Below, piece after piece: positions 54,400 through 64,000 of a stretch of DNA of 64,000 nucleotides. Every line of letters begins with the position of its first letter. Positions within the stretch are counted from its first letter, which is position 1. Under the pieces are notes generated by a model. It ran no database searches. It was not told where the DNA came from and saw only the letters and a program-made list of their open reading frames with translations. The DNA comes from Ranitomeya imitator. Its lineage: Eukaryota. Made by a program: the position numbers and the translations under genes. The DNA lies in contig NC_091283.1 in the NCBI RefSeq assembly GCF_032444005.1, forward strand, positions 169,508,001 through 169,572,000, in the 5' to 3' direction.

Positions 54400-57300
54400 C
54401 AGTGTGGGAACCACCGTGCACCCTGTGCTGTGCAGTGTGGGAACCACCGTGCACCCTGTGCTGTGCAGTGTGGGAACCGCCGTGCACCCTGTGCTGTGCA
54501 GTGTGGAAACCACCGTGCACCCTGTGCTGTGCAGTGTGGGAACCACCGTGCACCCTGTGCTGTGCAGTGTGGGAACCACCGTGCACCCCGTGCTGTACAG
54601 TGTGGGAACCACCGTGCACCCCGTGCTGTACAGTGTGGGAACCACCGTGCACCCTGTGCGGGAACCACCGTGCACCCTGTGCTGTGCAGTGTGGGAACCA
54701 CCGTGCACCCCGTGCTGTACAGTGTGGGAACCACCGTGCACCCTGTGCTGTGCAGTGTGGGAACCACCGTGCACCCTGTGCTGTGCAGTGTGGGAACCAC
54801 CGTGCACCCCGTGCTGTGCAGTGTGGGAACCACCGTGCACCCCGTGCTGTACAGTGTGGGAACCACCGTGCACCCCGTGCTGTACAGTGTGGGAACCACC
54901 GTGCACCCTGTGCTGTGCAGTGTGGGAACCACCGTGCACCCCGTGCTGTACAGTGTGGGAACCACCGTGCACCCTGTGCTGTGCAGTGTGGGAACCACCG
55001 TGCACCCTGTGCTGTGCAGTGTGGGAACCACCGTGCACCCTGTGCTGTGCAGTGTGGGAAGCACGGCGCACCCTGTGCTGTGCAGTGTGGGAACCACCGT
55101 GCACCCTGTGCTGTACAGTGTGGGAACCACAGTGCACCCAGTGCTGTACAGTGTGGGAACCACCGTGCACCCTGTGCTGTGCAGTGTGGGAACCACAGTG
55201 CACCCTGTGCTGTACAGTGTGGGAAGCACCGCGCACCCTGTGCTGTGCAGTGTGGGAACCACCGTGCGCCCCGTGCTGTGCAGTGTGGGAACCACCGCGC
55301 ACCCTTTGCTGTACAGTGTGGGAACCACCGTGCGCCCCGTGCTGTGCAGTGTGGGAACCACCGCGCACCCTGTGCTGTGCAGTGTGGGAACCACCGTGCG
55401 CCCCGTGCTGTGCAGTGTGGGAACCACCGCGCACCCTGTGCTGTACAGTGTGAGAACCACCGCGCACCCTGTGCTGTGCAGTGTGGGAAGCACCGCGCAC
55501 CCTGTGCTTTGCAGTGTGGGAAGCACCGCACACCCTGTGCTGTGCAGTGTGGGAACCACCGTGCACCCTGTGCTGTGCAGTGTGGGAAGCACCGCGCACC
55601 CTGTGCTGTGCAGTGTGGGAAGCACCGCACACCCTGTGCTGTGCAGTGTGGGAAGCACCGTGCACCCTGTGCTGTGCAGTGTGGGAAGCACCGTGCACCC
55701 TGTGCTGTGCAGTGTGGGAACCACCGCGCACCCAGTGCTGTACAGTGTGGGAACCACCGCGCACCCCGTGCTGTACAGTGTGGGAAGCACCGCGCACCCC
55801 GTGCTGTACAGTGTGGGAAGCACCGCGCACCCCGTGCTGTACAGTGTGGGAACCACCGCGCGCCCCGTGCTGTACAGTGTGGGAACCACCGTGCGCCCCG
55901 TGCTGTACAGTGTGGGAACCACCGCGCACCCTTTGCTGTACAGTGTGGGAGCCACCGTGCGCCCCGTGCTGTGCAGTGTGGGAACCACCGCGCACCCTGT
56001 GCTGTGCAGTGTGGGAACCACCGCGCACCCTGTGCTGTGCAGTGTGGGAACCACCGTGCGCCCCGTGCTGTGCAGTGTGGGAACCACCGCGCACCCTGTG
56101 CTGTACAGTGTGAGAACCACCGCGCACCCTGTGCTGTGCAGTGTGGGAAGCACCGCGCACCCTGTGCTTTGCAGTGTGGGAAGCACCACGCACCCTGTGC
56201 TGTGCAGTGTGGGAACCACCGCGCACCCTGTGCTGTGCAGTGTGGGAAGCACCGCGCACCCTGTGCTGTGCAGTGTGGGAAGCACCGCGCACCCTGTGCT
56301 GTGCAGTGTGGGAAGCACCGTGTGTGGGAAGCACCACGCACCCTGTGCTGTGCAGTGTGGGAACCACCGCGCACCCTGTGCTGTGCAGTGTGGGAAGCAC
56401 CGCGCACCCTGTGCTGTGCAGTGTGGGAAGCACCGTGCACCCTGTGCTGTGCAGTGTGGGAAGCATCGTGCACCCTGTGCTGTGCAGTGTGGGAAGCACC
56501 CCGCACCCTGTGCTGTGCAGTGTGGGAACCACCGCGCACCCTGTGCTGTGCAGTGTGGGAAGCACCGCGCACCCTGTGCTGTGCAGTGTGGGAAGCACCG
56601 CGCACCCAGTGCTGTACAGTGTGGGAAGCACCGCGCACCCCGTGCTGTACAGTGTGGGAAGCACCGTGCACCCCGTGCTGTACAGTGTGGGAAGCACCGC
56701 GCGCCCCGTGCTGTACAGTGTGGGAAGCACCGCGCGCCCCGTGCTGTACAGTGTGGGAACCACCGCGCGCCCCGTGCTGTACAGTGTGGGAACCACCGCG
56801 CACCCCGTGCTGTACAGTGTGGGAACCACCGCGCACCCCGTGCTGTACAGTGTGGGAAGCACCGCGCACCCTGTGCTGTACAGTGTTGATCCACCGTGCG
56901 CCCCCTGCTGTACAGTGTGGGAACCACCGCGCACCCAGTGCTGTACAGTGTGGGAACCACCGTGCGCCCCGTGCTGTACAGTGTCGCACCCTGTGCTGTA
57001 CAGTGTGGGAAGCACCGCGCACCCCGTGCTGTACAGTGTGGGAACCACCGCGCACCCTGTGCTGTAGAGTGTGGGAACCACCGTGGGCCCCGTGCTGTGC
57101 AGTGTGGGAACCACCGTGCGCCCCGTGCTGTACAGTGTGGGAACCACCGTGCACCCTGTGCTGTGCAGTGTGGGAACCACCGCGCGCCCCGTGCTGTACA
57201 GTGTGGGAACCACCGCGCACCCCGTGCTGTACAGTGTGGGAAGCACCGCGCACCCCGTGCTGTACAGTGTGGGAAGCACCGCGCGCCCCGTGCTGTACAG

Positions 57301-58154
57301 TGTGGGAAGCACCGCGCGCCCCGTGCTGTACAGTGTGGGAACCACCGCGCGCCCCGTGCTGTACAGTGTGGGAACCACCGCGCTCCCCGTGCTGTACAGT
57401 GTGGGAAGCACCGCGCGCCCCGTGCTGTACAGTGTGGGAACCACCGCGCGCCCCGTGCTGTGCAGTGTGGGAACCACCGCGCGCCCCGTGCTGTACAGTG
57501 TGGGAACCACCGCGCGCCCCGTGCTGTACAGTGTGGGAAGCACCGCGCGCCCCGTGCTGTACAGTGTGGGAAGCACCGCGCGCCCCGTGCTGTACAGTGT
57601 GGGAAGCACCGCGCGCCCCGTGCTGTACAGTGTGGGAACCACTGTGCGCCCCGTGCTGTACAGTGTGGGCACCGCGCGCCCCGTGCTGTAGTGTGGGAAG
57701 CACCGCGCGCCCCGTGCTGTACAGTGTGGGAACCACCGTGCGCCCCGTGCTGTACAGTGTGGGAACCACCGCGCACCCCGTGCTGTACAGTGTGGGAACC
57801 ACCGTGCGCCCCGTGCTGTACAGTGTGGGAACCACCGCGCACCCCGTGCTGTACAGTGTGGGAAGCACCGCGCGCCCCGTGCTGTACAGTGTGGGAAGCA
57901 TCGTGCGCCCCGTGCTGTACAGTGTGGGAACCACCGCGCACCCCGTGCTGTACAGTGTGGGAACCACCGCGCACCCTGTGCTGTAGAGTGTGGGAACCAC
58001 TGTGGGCCCCGTGCTGTGCAGTGTGGGAACCACCGTGCGCCCCGTGCTGTACAGTGTGGGAACCACCGTGCACCCTGTGCTGTGCAGTGTGGGAACCACC
58101 GTGCGCCCCGTGCTGTGCAGTGTGGGAACCACCGTGCGCCCCGTGCTGTGCAGT
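54400..58154. repeat. 33-bp minisatellite (~114 units, 3.75 kb)
   Basis: Unit CAGTGTGGGAACCACCGTGCACCCTGTGCTGTG; ends ~280 bp upstream of the ATP6AP1 ATG. Confidence 0.96.
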
Positions 58155-58229
58155 CTCTCTTTTCCTCTGCAGATTTGGGTCACATATTCAAGGACTGTTC
58201 CAGGTGCACCTGTATGCCTGACAACATAT

Positions 58230-58440
58230 CACTGCGCATGCTCGGGTTTTTAATAACTATCTTCTAAAGCGCATGCGTCTGTTTATAGTCCTATGTTCCA
58301 ATCAGCTTTCAGTCTGTGTATCCCGCCTCCTGGCCGCTCCCTGATTGACGCTGACGGCGTCCAATGATCTTAGCCCGTGTCACCTGATCGGTGTTGGTCA
58401 TGTGACGGTTTTCCCTGTGTGAGCTGCAGGAAGATGGCGG
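58230..58440 (+). promoter_or_regulatory. ATP6AP1 promoter
   Basis: NRF1-type GCGCATGCG (58269-58277) and TGCGCATGC (58233-58241); GC box 58322-58328; CCAAT 58361-58365; CLEAR/E-box-like GTCATGTGAC (58397-58406) and GTCACCTGAT (58379-58388); YY1-type AAGATGGCGG over the ATG. ATP6AP1 is an established TFEB/CLEAR lysosomal gene. Confidence 0.75.
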
Positions 58441-61400
58441 ATGGGATGGTCTTCGTGCCGCTGTGCTTCCTCCTTGTGCTGGGGGTGCCATGGCAAGCCG
58501 CCACCTCGCATCAGGTGCCAGTGCTCCTGTGGTCCAGCGAGAGGTGAGCGCGGCTCTTGTTTTACCTCTGCCAAAGAAAATCTTCTTATTGCAGGATCTC
58601 TCGGCGATATGTCGTGTGATGACGTCATTATGTCACCACTATAAGACTCGGGAACGTCATTATTGTGTTAGCGGCACAAATTGAGCTATGTCATGACGTC
58701 ATTAGGCTTAGTATACAGGGGTGTGACGTCATCACGGGGCATTGTGCTCGGTGTATAGGGGTGTGATGTCATCGCGGGGCATTGAGCTCAGTATATATAG
58801 GGGTGTGATGTCATCACGGGGCATTGGGCTCAGTATATATAGGGGTGTGACATTATCACGGGGCATTGGGCTCAGTATATATAGGGGTGTGACGTCATCA
58901 CGGGGCATTGGGCTCAGTATATATAGGGGTGTGACATTATCACGGGGCATTGGGCTCAGTATATATAGGGGTGTGACGTCATCACGGGGCATTGGGCTCA
59001 GTATATATAGGGGTGTGACGTCATCACGGGGCATTGGGCTCAGTATATATAGGGGTGTGACGTCATCACGGTGCATTGAGCTCAGTATATATAGGGGTGT
59101 GACGTCATCGCGGGGCATTGGGCTCCATGTATGGGGGTGTGACGTCATCGCGGGGCATTGGGCTCCATGTATGCCGGTGTGACGTCATCGCGGGGCATTG
59201 GGCTCCATGTATGGGGGTGTGACATCATTGCGGGGCATTGGACTCCATGTATGGGGGTGTGACGTCATCACGAGGCATAGGGCTCCATATATGGGGGTGT
59301 GACATCACCGCGGTATACTGAGTGCAGGGTGCTTTGCATGTATATTTGTTCCTTTCTTGATATAAACCACATTTCCTAATGTCAGCGCACACGTTGTCAC
59401 ACACTGCCCCTCCATGTTCTTGCCGTTACACCAAGGCCACATTTCCGTCTGTGCCTCCTCCAGCAGTGTTGACTTCTCATTTCTACTTCTTGAAAATAGT
59501 TCCCAGAAATGTGCACAGGACGTTATGCCGGAGGGGTGTGTGGATCCTACTAAAGCTGTGCTCTCCGACTCTTGTGATACTGCCCCTCTGAGCATGCTGG
59601 GAGTTGTAGTTTTGCAACTACTCTAGAGTGCAATAGTTCCTAATCTGTAATTTCCTGGAAATGGCACGTCCTTCTGCCGCCACTGCTTATGAATGAGCCA
59701 TTGTCACTGACTGCACACAATCCAAGGTAATCAGCCCTGGAAAAACACATGATCTGGTTTCAGGCGGGGATGAACTCTCCCTGTGACCTCGCGTAGATCT
59801 GTATATACCAGACATTATTATATTGTGTCCCGGCAGCTCCCTGTGGTCAGCGCAGCCCAGCACGCATGGCGGCCATGTGACCACTGATCTCCAGCTGGGT
59901 CAGTACCTGGACTCGGCCCTCAGCAGTGGCCCCAAGAACTTCCTTCTTTTCCTCCAGGAGAAGGTATTGTATGCAGCATTATTAACCCTTTCCTACCCCG
60001 CATTTCCCCCAGCAGCGAGCCGATCAGTGGATGCAATGTAGAAGGGCAGCATTGCAGCCTGTGTGGCCCCCGACTGCTGCCATCACTAACATGTCTCTGT
60101 TATTCTCCCAGCTCAGCGTTGAAGACTTCACAGCCTTTGGGGGAGTCTATGGGAACAAACAAGACAGCGCCTTCCCGAACCTGGAGGTAAGATGTCTCCT
60201 GCCCCCTTATAAACACCAGCTCGCAATGCAGAAAAAAAAATCCCCCCCTCACATAGCGCCATCGCCTGTATAATAAAAATGTTTCTGGTATCGACGACAC
60301 AAACCAAATGTCTGTCTGTCTAGTATAAGCCGAGTTTGAGGAATGAGGGGCCTAAGTCCTGCGCCTGCTGCTAAAGAGAAATGAATATTCAAATATTCAC
60401 TGCACTGAGATCCCAGTTTTTTGTGGCAAAATTAGGTGCCTGGGCTTATACTCTGTATACGATATATATGTATATGTACGCAATGGTGTTAAAAAGTGTT
60501 TTCCCCCTTCCTGATTTCCTATTCTTTTGCCTGTTTGTCATACTTAAATGTTTCAGATCCCCAAACAAATTTAAATATAAGGCCGGGATCACACATGCGA
60601 GAAATACGTCCTAGTCTCGCATGTTAATACCCGGCACTGCCGCCGTCTCTCTCGAGCGGAGCATGAGGCTGCATGTATTGCTATGCGGCCGCACTCTCCG
60701 CTCCTGAGTGACGGTGGCAGTGCCGGTTATTACCATGCAAGACTCGGCCGTATTTCTCGCATGTGTGATCCCGGCCTTAGACAAAGATAACACAATCACA
60801 AAATGTAGATTTTAAAGTCGGGTCTTTAATAATCTAATCTTTTATTTTTATATTTCAAACTTTACAGTTTGCGCACATTATCATCGCTGTCCCCAATGGG
60901 GCTCACAATCTCCATTCCCTATCAGTATATGTTTGGAATTATTTATTGTTAAGGAAAAAACTAATCCAAACCTCTAGGGTCCTGTGTGAAAAATTGATTG
61001 CACCCTAAAAACTGGTTGGGCCACCCGTAGCAGCAACAACTGCAATCAAGCAATTGCAATAACTGGCAATGAGTATTTTACAACATTCTGGAAGAATTTT
61101 GGCCACTCATCTTTGCAAAATTGATGTAATTCAGCCACATTGGAGGCTTTCCGAGCATTAACCGCCTTTTTAAGGTCATGCCACAGCATCACAATCAGAT
61201 TAACATCAGGACTTTGACTAGGCCACTCCAAAGTCTTAATTTTGTCTTTCTTAAGCTATTCAGAGGTGGGCTTGCTGGTGTGTTTTGGATCATTGTTCTG
61301 CTGCATAACCCAAGTTTGCTTCAGCTTGAGGAGACAAACAGATGTCCGGACATTCTCCATCAGGAGTTTTTGGCAGACAGCAGACTCATGGTTCTATTTA

Positions 61401-63924
61401 GCACATCATGTCTTCCAGGTGCTGAAGCAGCAAACAGCCCCAGACCATCACACTACCACCACCTTTATTGTAAGCTGTGGCTTAGTGGTGGAGCAACAGC
61501 CTATGAGTGTGTAAAAGACATGAGTTCAAGTCCTAGTGAAGTCATGATCACAGGATGAAAAGCAAATATATAAATAAAATTATATTTTTGCTAACTGTTA
61601 CCATAGTGAGAATCTGGAATTGCTTGCCTGAGGAGGTGGTGATGGCGAACTCAGTCGAGGGGTTCAAGAGAGGCCTGGATGTCTTCCTGGAGCAGAACAA
61701 TATTGTATCTTACAGTTATTAGGTTGTTTAGAAAGACGTAGATCTGGGGATTTATTCTGACAAAATATAGGCTGAACTGGATGGACAGATGTCGTTTTTT
61801 TCAGCCTTGCTAACTATGTTACTATGTTTTACTGGTGGTACAATGTTCCTTTTCTGAAATGCTGTGTTCTATGCCAGATGTAATGGGACATACACCTTCC
61901 AAAAAGTCTTAACTTTTGAACTTTTGTCTCGTCAGTCCAGAGTATTGGGGATCATCAAGACATTTTCTGGCAAAACTGAGACGAGTATTTATGTTCTTGC
62001 TTCTCAGCAGTGGTTGTTGTCTTGGAACTCTGCCATGCAGGCCATTTTTTGCCCAATCTCTTTCTTATGGTGGGATCATTTGTGACCTCTTGGATGAGTC
62101 GTTGCAGCTCTCTTAGGGTAATTTTGGTCGACCGTCTACTACTGTGAAGGTTCACCACTGTTCCATGTCTTTGCTATTTGTGAGTAATGGCTCACACTGT
62201 GAATCACTGGAGTCCCAAGGCTTTAGAAATGGCTTTATAACCTTTTCCAGACTGATAAATCTTAATAACTTGTTCTCATTTGTTCCAGAATTTATTTGGA
62301 TCGTGGCATGATGTCTAGCTTTTGAGGATCTTGTTTATTTTACTTCACTTTGTCAGGCAGGTCCTATTAAAGTGATTTCTTGATTGAGAACAGATGTGTC
62401 AGTAATCAGGCCTGCGTGTGGCTAGGGAATGGGAACTCTGTTTCCCAAAGATGTGATAAACCACAGTTAATTTATGTTTTTAAGGGAGCAATCACTTTTT
62501 CACACAGGGCCCTGTAGGTTTGGATTTCTTTTTCTCTTATTATTAAAAACCTTCATTTAAAACTGCATTTTGTGATTACTTGTGTTATCTTTGTCTAATA
62601 TTTAAATTTGTTTGGTGATCTGAAACATTGTGACAAACAGGCGAAAGAATAAGAAATCAGGAAGGGGGAAAAGCTTTTTTTTTTTTCACACAACTGTATA
62701 TAAATGTTATTGTAATCTTTGTAAACATGTATAATAAAGCAATAGTGTACAGCTCAATATCCAGTACTCAGAAATAATATATCATTAGTTTGTCATAACA
62801 TACATAATAAAAATAAACATGCAGAACAATGCCGTATTGTAAAACCTACAAGGTGGAGGGAGAAACTCTGAAACCTTTACATACTTAGCAACTTTTTGTA
62901 TTCCTGATGTATAATATGCAATAATACGGAGTTGACCTAGTTTGTTTTATACCATGAGGTCGCAGTAAAAGGACATACAACATTATTTCCTCCAGGGAAC
63001 AAGCTTAAAATAAATTGTTTCCACTTCTGTGGAAATGGATCTTACTGCATTTCTTTGCTTTTTCAGTGCCCCCTTTTCTATATCCACAGAGTGTTTCATA
63101 AGTAGAGTAATGATGAACTCCATGGGGAATCTACAATATCTGGTACTATTTCCAAAAAGAGGATGTTTTGTGGCAAGACCACATCCCATCTTTTAAATTC
63201 AACCCACAGAGATTGGATTTAGGACATTTTTTTTTATTAATTAAGAGGGGGGGGGGGAAATCTATATAATCACTGTTGGGTCTGTCCACTGGGACACCCA
63301 GAAATCCATGACGGTGGCCCCAAAGTCCACAGTGGCCACAATCAGCAGTGACATAGTACGGGCTTCTGTTTCAAGTCCTGTAAACAGTGTCTTCCACCCT
63401 TCTAAGTATCAGGTTATCTAAAAGTCTGGATTATTATAGACACTGTGACTTTGTTTTGGAGGGAGGGGAGGCTCCTGGTGCCGTAAGCGCTGCTTCCATG
63501 GGGTTGGGTACATGTCACGTGCCTTCTGTACACGCGTATCTTCTCACATAAGACTTATTTGCTTTGCAGAACATTATGGAGTCCTCGCCATCCTCTTTGG
63601 TTCTGCCCTCTGTGGACTGGTACGCTACCAACATCCTGCCAACCTACTTAAAGGAGAAGCTGGGTGTGAGCCCCCTACATGTGGATCAGACGACGCTCTT
63701 GGAGCTGAGGCTGAACGAGACTATCCCATCCCTGCTCATTGTGAGGCTGCCCTATGCCAATAGGTGGGCTATCATTTTTCCTGTAGTGTGCTGACCCTCT
63801 GTATTTTATATTTTTGGAACCTCATGTTCCCGTCTAGTCTTGGATCTAACATTTTAAAATGATCGCTTTTTTTTTTTTTTTAGTGCTGGGTTATTGGCAG
63901 CTAAGGACGTCCTCAGAGCAAACG
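58434..63924 (+). CDS. ATP6AP1: V-type proton ATPase accessory subunit S1 (Ac45), coding exons 1-5, continues beyond window
   Basis: Exons: 58434-58543, 59837-59963, 60112-60186, 63570-63763, 63884-63924. [17 protein letters not shown]...QVPVLLWSS...[14 protein letters not shown]...[31 protein letters not shown]...[12 protein letters not shown]...LLIVRLPYA...KDVLRAND; synteny with TAFAZZIN. Confidence 0.95.
58716..59305. repeat. 42/40-bp minisatellite with one CRE palindrome per unit, in ATP6AP1 intron 1
   Basis: Unit GGGTGTGACGTCATCACGGGGCATTGGGCTCAGTATATATAG; ~15 units. Confidence 0.93.
60581..60776. mobile_element. 196-bp Harbinger-type MITE
   Basis: Long TIR GGCCGGGATCACACATGCGAGAAATACG; flanks TAA/TTA. 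Confidence 0.8.
61474..61540 (+). mobile_element. tRNA-derived Pol III head (A and B boxes)
   Basis: A box TGGCTTAGTGG 61478-61488; B box GTTCAAGTCC 61524-61533, with tRNA-like spacing. No clean cloverleaf or CCA. Confidence 0.5.
61603..61828 (+). mobile_element. CR1 LINE 3' end
   Basis: Encodes [36 protein letters not shown] (CR1 ORF2 C-terminus), then a 3'UTR ending in CTAACTATGTTACTATGTT microsatellite tail. Confidence 0.85.
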
Positions 63925-64000
63925 GTGAGCTAAATCCCCATTTCTCTAATCTGGCTTCTGACTGTTCAGATAATGTCTGCTTAATTGTGTATCTGTCACT

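Larger units (their letters stand above)
60481..62696 (-). mobile_element. Decayed Tc1 (same family as 23178-25910) with nested insertions
   Basis: Right end TCACACAACTG|TA; fragments [24 protein letters not shown] and [18 protein letters not shown]. Confidence 0.8.

Noticed and set aside
54303-58253. ORFs of 800-1264 aa in several frames
   Set aside because: They are translations of the 33-bp array, whose unit has no stops; no domain or splice context.
61474-61540. A functional tRNA gene
   Set aside because: Only the A/B boxes are recognisable; stems do not pair convincingly and it sits within a TE insertion.

Overview
A vertebrate genomic window, by inference from a frog (anuran-type T2/Harbinger MITEs, CR1 and Tc1 families). 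It matches the human Xq28 block DNASE1L1(-)-TAFAZZIN(+)-ATP6AP1(+). I rebuilt five spliced genes by hand, all with GT-AG introns and consistent phases. (1) A secreted DNase I-family gene resembling teleost dnase1l1l: minus strand, 7 exons, last exon left of the window. (2) DNASE1L1: minus, 8 coding exons, 307 aa. (3) An intact 302-aa SLC25A20-like carnitine/acylcarnitine carrier paralogue: plus, 9 exons, lying between DNASE1L1 and TAFAZZIN where human has no such gene. (4) TAFAZZIN: plus, 10 coding exons, 262 aa. (5) The first five coding exons of ATP6AP1. Introns and intergenic DNA are packed with mobile elements. These include a young Gmr1-like (SCAN-gag, IN-RT-RH order) LTR element lacking its integrase core in the last TAFAZZIN intron, an older decayed Gypsy, and several Tc1-superfamily elements (DD34E, DD37E, DD38E, one fold-back). 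There are also Helitron-like elements, many MITEs and a tRNA-head/CR1-tail chimera. Nine GC-rich tandem arrays cover about 21% of the window; the long ORFs over them are repeat artefacts. The best leads are the carrier paralogue, a CRE-motif minisatellite in ATP6AP1 intron 1, a satellite grown inside a T2 MITE, and a self-duplicated exon fragment in the carrier 3'UTR. All alignments were done by eye; no database searches were run.
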